NCBI GenBank assembly: GCA_031416315.1
Contig: JANOTL010000208.1
Coordinates: forward strand, 1 to 63,138
From: Pseudomonadota bacterium
Lineage (GTDB): Bacteria > Bdellovibrionota_B > Oligoflexia > Oligoflexales > CAIYRB01
Direction of reading: 5' to 3'
Length of the DNA: 63,138 bases
The notes below the pieces were generated by a model, which saw nothing but the letters and a program-made list of their open reading frames with translations, was not told the origin of the DNA and did not search any database. This document shows, one piece after another, positions 20,669-30,284 of the stretch (within the stretch, counting starts at the first letter, position 1; each line of letters begins with the position of its first letter). The translations under genes and the position numbers were made by a program.

Positions 20669-20796
20669 GAGGCGCAGCTCTTGGCCGTGATCACCGCGAG
20701 AATCAGGACGACGAAGCCTAGATAAAGCCAATCGCGATGCCAGTTCCGATACGAGGCCGATGAGCCGAGGAAGATCTTCCTGAGCGCCTCAAGCAA
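20665..20796 (-). CDS. Small membrane protein, 43 aa, not in the ORF track
   Basis: MLEALRKIFLGSSASYRNWHRDWLYLGFVVLILAVITAKSCAS; TTG start overlaps the cyoE end and the stop overlaps the next start (GTGA). Confidence 0.55.
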   Translation of the reverse strand: MLEALRKIFLGSSASYRNWHRDWLYLGFVVLILAVITAKSCAS

Positions 20797-21679
20797 TGAG
20801 ACGGTCCACCGTCAGCGCGCCGAACACGAGGAAGAGGTAGAGGCACGAGTAGTGGAACACCGGCATCGCCTTGGCGTTGTCTTGCGAGCGCCGCAGATCC
20901 CAGGCCTTCCAAGCGAAGTACGCGGTCGCGGCCACCGACAGCAGCATGTAAGTGAGGCCGGCCTCGCCCAGCGCCCAGAGCGCCACGATCGGCGGGAAGA
21001 GCGTCAGCGTGTACCCGAAAATCTGCCGGCGCGTCGCCTCGTCGCCTGCGACGACCGGGAGCATCGGCACGTTCGCGGCGGCATAATCCTTCTTGTACTT
21101 GATCGCCAAGGCCCAGAAGTGCGGCGGCGTCCATAGGAAGATAATCAGGAAGAGCACCCACGCCGGCCAGCCGATCGTGCCGGTCACGGCAGCCCAGCCG
21201 ATGAGCGGACCGACCGCGCCTGCCGCGCCGCCGATGACGATGTTCTGCACCGTGTTCCGCTTCAGGCAAAGCGTGTAGACGAGCACGTAGAACACGTTTG
21301 CGGCGAAGGCGACCACCGCCGCGAGCGGCGTCGTGAAACGGTAGAGAATCCCGATCGATACCAAGCCGAGCGCGGCCCCGAAGGCCAGGGCGGCGCCGGG
21401 CGAGACCGTTCCGGACGGCATCGGGCGACCGCGGGTCCGGGCCATGACCGAGTCGAGGTCTGCGTCGAGCATGTGGTTGAAGACCGAGGCCGACGCCGAC
21501 GACAGCCAGGTGCCGACGATCGTCGCGAAAGCGACCTCGAGGCTCGGCATGCCGTGCGCCGGCAGGAGCATCGTCGGCACCGCGGTGACGACGACGAGCA
21601 GCGAGATGGTCGGCTTCGTGAGCGGCAGAAACGCCCGCCAAGATGCCGCGGGCGTCGCGGCAGAAAGCGTGGCTTCCAT
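20789..21679 (-). CDS. cyoE: Heme O synthase (protoheme IX farnesyltransferase)
   Basis: LTKP, D.DLD..M.RTR.RP, NIVIGGAAGA, WTPPHFWAL. Confidence 0.95.
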   Translation of the reverse strand: MEATLSAATPAASWRAFLPLTKPTISLLVVVTAVPTMLLPAHGMPSLEVAFATIVGTWLSSASASVFNHMLDADLDSVMARTRGRPMPSGTVSPGAALAFGAALGLVSIGILYRFTTPLAAVVAFAANVFYVLVYTLCLKRNTVQNIVIGGAAGAVGPLIGWAAVTGTIGWPAWVLFLIIFLWTPPHFWALAIKYKKDYAAANVPMLPVVAGDEATRRQIFGYTLTLFPPIVALWALGEAGLTYMLLSVAATAYFAWKAWDLRRSQDNAKAMPVFHYSCLYLFLVFGALTVDRLIA

Positions 21680-21822
21680 CAGAGACCCCAGCGAGGAGCC
21701 CAGCCGAGCCAAAGCGGGATGTAGACGCAAAGGAAAAAGAGCGCCGGGAAGACGAGCATCACGACCATGATGCTGATCCAGCCGATTGCTTCCTTACGCA
21801 TGTCGCGGGCGATCTTTGCCAT
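21679..21822 (-). CDS. Small membrane protein, 47 aa, not in the ORF track
   Basis: MAKIARDMRKEAIGWISIMVVMLVFPALFFLCVYIPLWLGWAPRWGL; TGATG overlap with cyoE. Confidence 0.65.
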   Translation of the reverse strand: MAKIARDMRKEAIGWISIMVVMLVFPALFFLCVYIPLWLGWAPRWGL

Positions 21823-21902
21823 CGTGACGCCACCCTAGAAGGGATGAATACAACAGGAAAAAAACGATTGGCCTGTGCATATCACGGCCGAGCCCCGGAC
21901 GG

Positions 21903-24284
21903 CTACCGACTCTTCGGCCGGTCCTCCGGCTTGAACCGCTCCGTCCCCGTTCTTCCCGCGTTGTCGCTCGGTCCGAGCAGGCTCGACCGATCCTTGCCCT
22001 CGAGGAACCGGTAGATCATCAGGTTGCGCCAGACGTTCCGGATGTAGTCCTTCGTCTCCCCGAAGGGCACCATCTCGACGAACATCAGCGGGTCGCTGTG
22101 CCCGCGGCGCCCGAGCCACCCCTCCATTGCGTACTCGCCGGCGTTGTAGCCGCCGTAGATCGCCGGCGGGAAGCCTTTGAAGTGCAGGTTCAGGAAGCGG
22201 AGGTAGCGGCTGCCCATCCGAATGTTTGCCTCGGGATTTCGCAGGAGCTCCTCGATCCCGTTCGGGTGGGCGAGCCCCAACTCCCGCGCGAACCGCTCGC
22301 CGGTCGGCGCGATGAGCTGCATGAGACCAACGGCCGCCGCACCGCTCTTCGCGTCCGCCGTGAACGCCGACTCCTGACGGGTGATTGCGAGCAGCATCTC
22401 GCGGTCCAGGCCGGTGTCCATCGCGGCCCGCTGATACGAGTCCAAGTAAGGGGTCGGGAAATGGATGACGAGCTGCTCGGGGAAACGCTTCCAGAAGCCC
22501 GGAAAGGCCTTCGCGAGCTTTGTCGTCAGCGTGATGCTCTTGGCATGATCGCCGGCCGCGTAGTGCAGCCGCGACAGGTAGACGAGGGCCTCGAGGTTGG
22601 CTTCGCTCGACACCTCCTGAGGCAACGCCGCCTCGAGGTCCGCGGCGGCGAGCTTGAGCCAGCTTGTCAGGCGCGCCGCCAGCAGAGTCTCGGCACGAGT
22701 CAGGAGGCGCCGCGTCGCTGGCGTCCGGCGCTCGCGGGCGAGCGACAGGCCGTCCGAGACCGCGAGCTTCCGCCGCAATTTTTCCGGATCGCCAAACACC
22801 TTGCGCCAGTCGCTCTTCCCGGAGAGGCCGGCCACGCGCGCCGCGACCGTCGTGTAGAAGCTCAGCGGATAGTCTTCGGTCAGGGCGTCGAGGTAAAACC
22901 GGCTTTCGTCCTTACGGTCCATGTGGTCGTAGCTCTTGGCGAGCCAGAAGTAGGTCGTCGCTTTCATCGCATCGTCGCGCGTCTCGGCGAGGAGCCCGTC
23001 CCAACGCTTCTTCGCGGTCTCGAAGTTGCCGCCCAGGTAATCATAGAGGCCGGCGAAGAAGGTGAGCCGTTCCCGCCATTCCGTATTTAGGTTTGGCGAC
23101 TGCAGCGCAAGGAGGTTGAGGGAAAGCGCGCTCTCGAACTCGCGCTTCTCGACCGCGATGCGGAACGCGAGCACGTGATAGGCCTCTGCGCGCAGCACGG
23201 CGAGCGCGTCGCGCGTCGTCGCGCTGATGCCGCGCGTCGTGTAGGCGTTCGCGACCAGCTCGAGCGCCTTTTGCGCGAAGATCTTGCCGTTCTCGTAGTC
23301 GCCGACGAGCGCACGGTAGCGCGCTGCCCACAAGGTATCCTCGACGCGGCGGATCGCGAAACCCGAGGCGTCCAGGCCGAGCGAGGCTGCCGTGACGCCC
23401 GGCGCATCCCACACTTCCATTAGGTCGCGGTAGGTCTCGCCCGCTTCCTTCTTCATCGCGAGCGCCCGCTCGAGCACCGCGGCCCGGGCCAAGGCCTCGA
23501 CGGCGAGGCCTTGCGTCTCCGTGTCCTTTGACAGAGCCGTTGCCGCGGCTTTGAAGCCTACGAGAGCCTCGCGGCTTCTTCCCGCGCACTGCAAGAGCAG
23601 CGCTTCCCAGTAGCCGCCGAGCCGCGGCGGCAGTCCCGCCTTGAACGCGCGCCACGACTCGACGTCGAGCTTCTTCGCTTTGCAGTTCTTCTTGGCCGTG
23701 TCGGCGAGCGTCGGATCGGCCTCCGGAACGCCGGGGCGGGGCGCGCGCAACGCGTCGGTCAGGACATCGCCGTCCGGCAGCAATGCTTCGGGGACCAGCC
23801 CGGAAAGCAGCGGCGCTAAGGCGTCGGCGGTCGTGATGCCGCGCGCGCGCATGTGCGGGCTGATGCTGCCGCTGCGCGTCTCCGCGATCAGGAGGCGCGC
23901 CAGCACGAGCCGGTCCGTCTTCTTGTCGAGCGCTTTGACGTAGGCTTTCACCCAGCCTTCGAAGGCAAGCTTCCCGAAGGCGCCCTCTGCCATGTTGAGC
24001 GCCTCGAGCCAATGCTTGGTCGCCGATGCCGCGTCGCCCTTCGCGTCGAAATCCTGCGCGACGAGCATCGCGCGCACGTCCTTTAGGTCTTCACCGAGCG
24101 GGCCGTCGCGGCCGGTGGCGCGCTCCAGCGCTTTGAGCTGATCCGCAGGCGTACTCGGTGGGTCGCTCGCCGTCGCGGGCGATGCGTCACTCGTCGTCGC
24201 GATCTCGAGGTCCGGCGCCGACTCGGGGGGCGTGCACGACAGCGCCACTACGAGCAGCACGGGGATGAAGCGACTCAGTCTCAC
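21903..24284 (-). CDS. Lipoprotein lytic transglycosylase with TPR-like helices (Slt-like)
   Basis: VALSC lipobox; RQESAF, GLMQL, YNAG, ETKDY. Confidence 0.9.
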   Translation of the reverse strand: MRLSRFIPVLLVVALSCTPPESAPDLEIATTSDASPATASDPPSTPADQLKALERATGRDGPLGEDLKDVRAMLVAQDFDAKGDAASATKHWLEALNMAEGAFGKLAFEGWVKAYVKALDKKTDRLVLARLLIAETRSGSISPHMRARGITTADALAPLLSGLVPEALLPDGDVLTDALRAPRPGVPEADPTLADTAKKNCKAKKLDVESWRAFKAGLPPRLGGYWEALLLQCAGRSREALVGFKAAATALSKDTETQGLAVEALARAAVLERALAMKKEAGETYRDLMEVWDAPGVTAASLGLDASGFAIRRVEDTLWAARYRALVGDYENGKIFAQKALELVANAYTTRGISATTRDALAVLRAEAYHVLAFRIAVEKREFESALSLNLLALQSPNLNTEWRERLTFFAGLYDYLGGNFETAKKRWDGLLAETRDDAMKATTYFWLAKSYDHMDRKDESRFYLDALTEDYPLSFYTTVAARVAGLSGKSDWRKVFGDPEKLRRKLAVSDGLSLARERRTPATRRLLTRAETLLAARLTSWLKLAAADLEAALPQEVSSEANLEALVYLSRLHYAAGDHAKSITLTTKLAKAFPGFWKRFPEQLVIHFPTPYLDSYQRAAMDTGLDREMLLAITRQESAFTADAKSGAAAVGLMQLIAPTGERFARELGLAHPNGIEELLRNPEANIRMGSRYLRFLNLHFKGFPPAIYGGYNAGEYAMEGWLGRRGHSDPLMFVEMVPFGETKDYIRNVWRNLMIYRFLEGKDRSSLLGPSDNAGRTGTERFKPEDRPKSR

Positions 24285-24341
24285 GCGGCTTCCCCATAAA
24301 TTTTGGAATTTATTAGGTAAATCTTAGCCTTGCGCGCGACT

Positions 24342-24368
24342 TCAGGCAACAGGGCCAAGCGCCGATAA
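24342..24368 (+). promoter_or_regulatory. sigma28-like promoter
   Basis: TCAG-N15-GCCGATAA upstream of the prepilin-like gene. Confidence 0.6.
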
Positions 24369-24412
24369 GTGACAAGGTATCGGTTCGTTTAGGAAAATCG
24401 GAGCTTACCCCC

Positions 24413-25066
24413 GTGCGCCTCCTCCCGGCCGGCAAAGGCCAGAGCGGTTTCACCGTGCTCGAGATCGTGGTCGCTTCGGCGATCCTGATGCTCATCGCCT
24501 GGCAAATCGCCGACGCCATGTCGACCAACGTCGAGGCTCGCGCGCGCATCGAGACGCAGCGTCAGTTCGTCGAAGTCGAGGGCGCGCTCCGCAGCGCCGT
24601 CTTCCGCAAGGCGAGCGTTTACATGGAGAACGCGCCGAACTGCGCCAGCCCGAAGGCCGGCCTCGAGGCGCTGTTCGCGACGCAGCCGCTCAGCAACGTC
24701 AACTTCGCGCTCGTGAAGCCGAGCGGCGCCACCTTGCCGCCGGCGATGAATCGCTGCAAGACGCAGACGTCCGACGTCACCAACGTAAGAAACGGCATCT
24801 ACATGTGCGTGACAATGAGCAACGCCGGCGCGAGCAAGAAGTCCTTCCTCGCCGCAAACGACGTGTACGCCGAGGTCTTCTACGGCTTCTGGGACGTCTG
24901 GAACAACAAGGCGCTCACGTGCCCGCAGTTCAACGACGTCTTCGCCCCGCTGCGCGGGGCCAAGCTCTTTTACACGATGTATTGGCGGCCGAAAGCGGGC
25001 AAGCAGGCGAAGGGCAAGTTCTTGAGCTACTCCGGCGTCATGTACGGGCAGAGTAAAGAGCCATAG
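24413..25066 (+). CDS. Prepilin-type N-terminal cleavage/methylation protein
   Basis: QSG|FTVLEIVVASAILMLI class III signal with E5; four Cys. Confidence 0.8.
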   Translation: MRLLPAGKGQSGFTVLEIVVASAILMLIAWQIADAMSTNVEARARIETQRQFVEVEGALRSAVFRKASVYMENAPNCASPKAGLEALFATQPLSNVNFALVKPSGATLPPAMNRCKTQTSDVTNVRNGIYMCVTMSNAGASKKSFLAANDVYAEVFYGFWDVWNNKALTCPQFNDVFAPLRGAKLFYTMYWRPKAGKQAKGKFLSYSGVMYGQSKEP

Positions 25067-25071
25067 AGTCC

Positions 25072-25995
25072 TCAAGGCCGCCAGCGAAAAGCCCTTACGC
25101 GGTCGCCGACCAGCATCGCGGCCGTATCGCCCGCGACCGCGAGCCGGCTCACGCCCTCTTCGCCGTCGATGCCGAGCTTGAACGAATGCGCCGTCTTCTT
25201 CTCGACGTCGAAGATCTCGAGCAGATAGTCGTCGAAGACGTAGGCGTGGCGGTCCTTCGCGACGGCCATCGCCGTTAGCTTGCGCGCGCCTTGCACTGGA
25301 ATCGACTTGCGCGTCTTCGCCGTGCCGGCGTCGAGGCGTAAGACGGACTGCGCCGTGTGCAGCACGACCTGGCCGGCATCAAGCGCGAGCCCCAAGAGCG
25401 GCCGTTTCACCGTCAGGATCGTCTTCGGCTCGGCGCCGCTTTCGAGGTCGACGGCGGAAACCTCCTTGCCGCGCGCGACCCAAAGCTTCTTGTGCGCCGG
25501 ATCGTAGGCCGCGAGATCGCCCGCGGTCAGGAAGCCGAGCCTCTTCATCGGATTGAGCGTCTTGCCATAGCGATCGACGGCGAAGAGGCCGCGCGCATGC
25601 ACCAGCCAAAGGTCGTCGCCCGCGCCGCCGAAGGCGACGGCGTTGCCGTCGACGGCGCCCGGGATCTGATAAACAAAAAGTCGTTTTGTAGCGACCTGGT
25701 ACTGGAAAAGCCGCTTTTTCCCCGCGGCGAACACGCTGAGCCCGTCGAAGGCCAGCTTCTGCGGCGCTTCGTCGAGCGCGATCTTCGTCAGCCGGCCCTC
25801 CGAAAGGCGCCAGTTCCAAAGGCTCTGTTTCCCGGCGATCCAGACGGAGTCGGCGCCTGCGAGCAGGATGTCGGCGACCGGCAGGTCTTTTTCGAGCGCG
25901 GCGGCTTTGAAGCCGGGAAGCTTGTACTCGTAGACGCCGGCGTGAGCGGCCGTCGCGAACGCGAGCGCGAAGACGACGCAGAGGGCGCGAAACAT
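25072..25995 (-). CDS. Secreted beta-propeller-like hypothetical protein
   Basis: Signal peptide (AHA); repeated VWIA/LWLV/LWVA strands. Confidence 0.7.
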   Translation of the reverse strand: MFRALCVVFALAFATAAHAGVYEYKLPGFKAAALEKDLPVADILLAGADSVWIAGKQSLWNWRLSEGRLTKIALDEAPQKLAFDGLSVFAAGKKRLFQYQVATKRLFVYQIPGAVDGNAVAFGGAGDDLWLVHARGLFAVDRYGKTLNPMKRLGFLTAGDLAAYDPAHKKLWVARGKEVSAVDLESGAEPKTILTVKRPLLGLALDAGQVVLHTAQSVLRLDAGTAKTRKSIPVQGARKLTAMAVAKDRHAYVFDDYLLEIFDVEKKTAHSFKLGIDGEEGVSRLAVAGDTAAMLVGDRVRAFRWRP

Positions 25996-26050
25996 GCGAG
26001 GCTCCTTGGGTGGGGACCTCCGCAGTATAGCCCTAAGCTTTAGCTCGTGT

Positions 26051-26133
26051 GCTAAGGAAGGTCATCGGTCGGGAGTCCGGAGCAGCGCGTCCGACGCGAT
26101 GCGTAGGGCTCCCGACCGATGACCTTCCTTAGC
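26051..26133. repeat. Perfect 25-bp inverted repeat
   Basis: GCTAAGGAAGGTCATCGGTCGGGAG (26051-26075) and its reverse complement (26109-26133). Confidence 0.9.
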
Positions 26134-27163
26134 CGTCCGCCGCCAAGGCCTCCAGCACGTAGGCGAGACCCAGGTCCTCACGAATCTGCGAGCGCTTGAG
26201 CCAGGTGTCGACCTCTTGGCAACGTCCCAAGGCATCGAGGTAGCGCGCCGGCTCCGCGCCGCGCAGCCCTTGGGCGTAGCTTTTCACGATGAAAGGCGGC
26301 AGCCGCATCGCCGAGGCCATGTCGGCCGGCGAGACGCCGCGGTTATTCAGCTCGATGAGCCGCAGGGAATGCCGGCAATGCCCGGCGAGGATGCCGAGCA
26401 GCGCCAGCCCCTTCTCCCCGCGGGCCAGCAAATTCGTCAAAAGTGCTTGGGCCTTGGCGCCCTGGCGGGCCAAGAGGAGGCGGTCGAGGGCGAAGGCCTC
26501 GTCCTCCCTGAGGACGCCGAGGTGCGGCGCCAGGTCCTGCGCGCCGAGCTCGCCTTGGTGCTCGGAGAAGACGAGACCGAGTTTCAGCAGCTCCTGATCG
26601 AGCTTCGCCAGGTCGGGCCCCGTCGTCTCGAGGAGGAGCTCGTACGCCGCGGGCGCGAGCCTCAGCCGGTGCGCCTCCGCCAGCTTGCGCAGGAGGACGG
26701 GCACCTCGCTCGGATAAGGATCGGCACAAGGCACGAGATGAGCCTCGCGCTCCAGGAGCTCCGTCTTGACCGCGGCCAAAGGCTCCCCCGAGAACGCGAG
26801 GACCACCAGGTTGGCGCCGTCGGGCACGGTCCGCGCCGCCTTCAGCAGCGCGCCGAGCCCCTTCGCCTGCTCGGCTCGCCTGACGATGTAAAGGGTCTTC
26901 GGGTCGAAGAGCGAGCCTTGGCTCAGGATCGCGTTCAGGCTCTCGGCGGTGAGCGTGCTCGCCTCAAGGGGCGTCACGGCCATCCCCGAGAGCTCCGTCG
27001 CGTGCTTGCGCAGGAGCGCGACGGAATGGCCGACCAAGAACTCCGACGAGCCGTAGACCGCGACGAAGCCGGATTTCAAGGTCGAGAGCTTCTCGCCCTT
27101 TCCCAGGTTGCCGGCCGCGGCTTGCCAGTCGCGGAAGCTCGGTTTCTTCGGGAACGCCGTCAT
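26129..27163 (-). CDS. holA: DNA polymerase III delta subunit
   Basis: SLFDPK, G.DLAKLDQELLKL, PPFIVK, D..LK; typical length. Confidence 0.85.
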   Translation of the reverse strand: MTAFPKKPSFRDWQAAAGNLGKGEKLSTLKSGFVAVYGSSEFLVGHSVALLRKHATELSGMAVTPLEASTLTAESLNAILSQGSLFDPKTLYIVRRAEQAKGLGALLKAARTVPDGANLVVLAFSGEPLAAVKTELLEREAHLVPCADPYPSEVPVLLRKLAEAHRLRLAPAAYELLLETTGPDLAKLDQELLKLGLVFSEHQGELGAQDLAPHLGVLREDEAFALDRLLLARQGAKAQALLTNLLARGEKGLALLGILAGHCRHSLRLIELNNRGVSPADMASAMRLPPFIVKSYAQGLRGAEPARYLDALGRCQEVDTWLKRSQIREDLGLAYVLEALAADG

Positions 27164-28755
27164 GCGGTGCCTCCCGCGACGCGGGTGTCGAAGCTGACCT
27201 TGCGATCGAAGCATTTCTCCAGGGAGGCGCTCTCGAGACGCGCCTTGTGTAGCTCGACCTCGGGATAGCTCCCCGCCACGTGTTTGATCGTGAAAAGGGC
27301 CTCACCGCCCTCCAGCGTGACGCTCACGTCCTGCACGCGGTTCTGCCGGGTGCGGTCGAGCGCGGTCGCGAGCCGGACGATGCCGGAGAAGAACTTCAGC
27401 CGCGCGATCTCGTCCTTCTTCAGGTCGGCGCAATAGCGGTTGTCGCTCGCGGGGACGCCCTTCCGTTGGAAGCGCGCGATCAACCCCATCATCGTCCGCT
27501 CCGGCTCGGTGAAGCCCGGCAGACGGCTGTTCTCGATGAGGTAGTGCGAGTGCTTGTGGTACTGCGGCGCGCTGAGAAACTTCCCCGCCTCGCGCAGGTA
27601 CGCGGCGGCCTTGAGGAGCTTGATGTCTTCTTCGTAGTCGTCGCCCTTGTCCTGCGGCAGGAGCGCCGGCGCCAACTGCTCGAAGAGCCTCAGAGCCAGC
27701 TTTTTCACCTGCAACGCGTGCGCTTCGTTGATCTGTAAGCGCTTGCCGAATTGCAGGACGCTGTGCCACTGCACGTCGGGAAGGTCGGCGGAGTTGCGGC
27801 CGTAGGCCCGGTAAAAGGTGTCGGCAACCAGACCCTCGCGCAGGCCGTAGCTGGTCACCATCCACTCCTTCACCTTCAGCATCTTCGTCACTTCTTCGAT
27901 GACGACGGCGCCGGCGAGCACGATCTCCGCGCGCGACGAGTCGAGACCCGTCCATTCGCGGATCTGCTGTGGGGTGAGCTTCAGCGCCAGGTGCTCGACG
28001 AGGTCGATAAGCTGATCTTGCGGGATGACGTAGCCGTTCGGGTCCGAGGTCTCGACGCCGCCGACGAGCTTCGCGTGCACGACCGCCAGGGCCTTTGCCG
28101 TACCGGAGGACGCCAGCGCCCGCGTGAACGTGAGACCTTTCGTCTCCTCCGGCAAAGGCGCGAGCCGCGAGCGAACGTGCTCGCGCATCGCCTTCAGCTT
28201 CTCCAGGCTCGGCGGACCTTTGCCGAAGTATTTCTCGGTGAGGGTCACGGCGCCCAATTTGAAAGACGAGACGAACGCGATGTCGTCGTCGTTCGCGATG
28301 ATGATCTCGGTCGAGCCGCCCCCGACGTCGCAACCGAGGCAGCTCACGTCGCTGAGCGACAGGCCGTACCGCATGCCGAGGAAGGTGAGGCGGGCTTCCT
28401 CGATGCCGTCGATGATCTCGACCTTCACGCCCGCGTCGCGCTCGAGCCGCTGGAGGAGCTGACGATGGTTGCGAGCCTCGCGCGCCGCGTACGTCGCGAC
28501 CGCGCGAATCGTCGCTTTGTAGGCGTCGGCGATCTCACGCATGTGGGAGATCGTCTCGACCGTGCGGGCGATCCCGTCGTCGGTGAGAAAACCCTCGGCG
28601 TCGAGCGCTTGTCCGAGGCGCAGCGTGACCTTGTCGCTGTCCAGGATCCGCATTTCGCCGATATGATCCATCTCGGCGACGACCATGTGGGCCGAGTTGG
28701 TGCCGATGTCGATCGCGGCGATCGTGCGTTTGGGGTACTCGGCGCGGTGCGGCAT
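27160..28755 (-). CDS. ppx: Ppx/GppA exopolyphosphatase
   Basis: IDIGTNS, EEARL, DVGGGSTE, GLREG, HKHS.YLI. Confidence 0.92.
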   Translation of the reverse strand: MPHRAEYPKRTIAAIDIGTNSAHMVVAEMDHIGEMRILDSDKVTLRLGQALDAEGFLTDDGIARTVETISHMREIADAYKATIRAVATYAAREARNHRQLLQRLERDAGVKVEIIDGIEEARLTFLGMRYGLSLSDVSCLGCDVGGGSTEIIIANDDDIAFVSSFKLGAVTLTEKYFGKGPPSLEKLKAMREHVRSRLAPLPEETKGLTFTRALASSGTAKALAVVHAKLVGGVETSDPNGYVIPQDQLIDLVEHLALKLTPQQIREWTGLDSSRAEIVLAGAVVIEEVTKMLKVKEWMVTSYGLREGLVADTFYRAYGRNSADLPDVQWHSVLQFGKRLQINEAHALQVKKLALRLFEQLAPALLPQDKGDDYEEDIKLLKAAAYLREAGKFLSAPQYHKHSHYLIENSRLPGFTEPERTMMGLIARFQRKGVPASDNRYCADLKKDEIARLKFFSGIVRLATALDRTRQNRVQDVSVTLEGGEALFTIKHVAGSYPEVELHKARLESASLEKCFDRKVSFDTRVAGGTA

Positions 28756-28841
28756 GCGGACTCGGATCCCTTTGCGAGAAGTCGGGAGCCACGATAGGTT
28801 ACTGAGGCCGTTGAGACCACGTGTATTCGAGAGGCCGAAAG

Positions 28842-30284
28842 ATGCAAACGATTCGCACCATTGGGCAGGTTTTGCTGCTCTCATCCCTGGTACTCGGCGC
28901 GGCCGCGTGCGGTAAGAAGTCGCCGGTGACGTCAAAGCCCGAGGAGCCGCAGAGGAACGGCACCGATCTCGAGTCCGTCAGCGGCAAGTTCAACGACCTC
29001 GAGCCGGTGCTCAGCGCCGACGGCACGCGCATCCTCTTCATCTCCGCGCGCGACTCCTCCGACGTCGCGCCGACGCGAAAGGCCTATAAAAGCGAGTGGC
29101 TGGCCGCGCAGGCGCCGGGCGCTCCGGTCCGCGTCACCGCCGTCGATCTCGGCCTCGAGCGCCAGGCGACGCTCTCGCCGGACGGCAACTGGATCGCCAT
29201 CGTCGCCTCGAATGCCGGCCGTACGGAGCTTTATCTGCAGGATTTCGCCGGGGCGTCGGCGCCCGTGCGCATCACCGACGACGCGCTGGAAGACGCTGAG
29301 CCCGTTTTCAGCCCCGATTCGAAGCTTCTCGCCTGGATCGCGCGCGACGCGGCCAGCGGCACGGCCGCCGCCGTCGTCGTCGCTCTGGGCGGCGGCACCG
29401 AGGCCGAGGTCCTGAGGCTCGGCGTCTTCGTCAGTCAGCCGACAGAATTCGTGACTCTTATCGGGTGGTTGCCGGTCGAAAGTGGGTACCGTCTGCTGAC
29501 CGCGACCCCGGCTCCGGTCGCAGCAGGACTCACCAACGTCTCCTATTTCGATTTCGTCGCGGCGCCGGACGCGCAAGCGGCCGTCCGTACGCCCTGGCTA
29601 GACGCCGTTCCTCTCAGCTCCAACGTCGAGCCGCGTCTGGCGGCGACCAAGGGCATGTTCGCGCGCCGTGTTCTCCCGGTCGGCAGCAAGCTCTCGACCG
29701 CTGGCGGCGGAGGCGAGACCCCGCAGCGCATGCCGGTGAAGAACGAGGCCGTGTTCGCCGACCCGACGGTCGCGGGCGCCGTCGCCGAGTTCGCCGATCC
29801 CCCGGGACACGAAGTCTTGGCCCTAGGCGGTCTCACCGCCGACGGCACGAGCGGCATCTTCGTCGCGCGCTCCGTCTATCGCTGCGACCCCGCCGCCAAA
29901 ACGTATCTCTACGGCACCTCGATCATCCTCGCGGCCACGGACGCGACCTCCTTCACCCGCTTTGTCCCCCGCATCTCGCCGGCGGGATTCGACGTCGCCA
30001 AGGATTTCTGCGACACGAAGCGAGCCGACGAGACCTCCGGCCGCGTCGACGACAAGATTCTCGCGGCCACCGTCAACGCCAACGCCACGCCGACCAAGAT
30101 GCGCATCCTCTACGTGACCCGCTTCACCAACGTCTTCGACGCCGCCTGCAACCTGAAGGCCGGCGACCCCGAGATCCTGGCGATGGAAGTCGACGGCGAT
30201 GCGAAGGCGGTCGCGCCGGTGTCGAATTTCCGGGCGCCGATCGTCGATTCGCCGCGTGGAGCGGCGGCGGCCTGCGTGCTTTAG
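28842..30284 (+). CDS. TolB-like (PD40 repeat) lipoprotein
   Basis: GAAAC lipobox; LSADG, LSPDG, FSPDS repeats. Confidence 0.75.
   Translation: MQTIRTIGQVLLLSSLVLGAAACGKKSPVTSKPEEPQRNGTDLESVSGKFNDLEPVLSADGTRILFISARDSSDVAPTRKAYKSEWLAAQAPGAPVRVTAVDLGLERQATLSPDGNWIAIVASNAGRTELYLQDFAGASAPVRITDDALEDAEPVFSPDSKLLAWIARDAASGTAAAVVVALGGGTEAEVLRLGVFVSQPTEFVTLIGWLPVESGYRLLTATPAPVAAGLTNVSYFDFVAAPDAQAAVRTPWLDAVPLSSNVEPRLAATKGMFARRVLPVGSKLSTAGGGGETPQRMPVKNEAVFADPTVAGAVAEFADPPGHEVLALGGLTADGTSGIFVARSVYRCDPAAKTYLYGTSIILAATDATSFTRFVPRISPAGFDVAKDFCDTKRADETSGRVDDKILAATVNANATPTKMRILYVTRFTNVFDAACNLKAGDPEILAMEVDGDAKAVAPVSNFRAPIVDSPRGAAAACVL

Noticed and set aside
26051..26133. SRP RNA, suggested by GTCCGG-AGCAGC
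   Set aside because: The GNRA-loop domain IV pattern is incomplete and perfect arms are unlike SRP RNA
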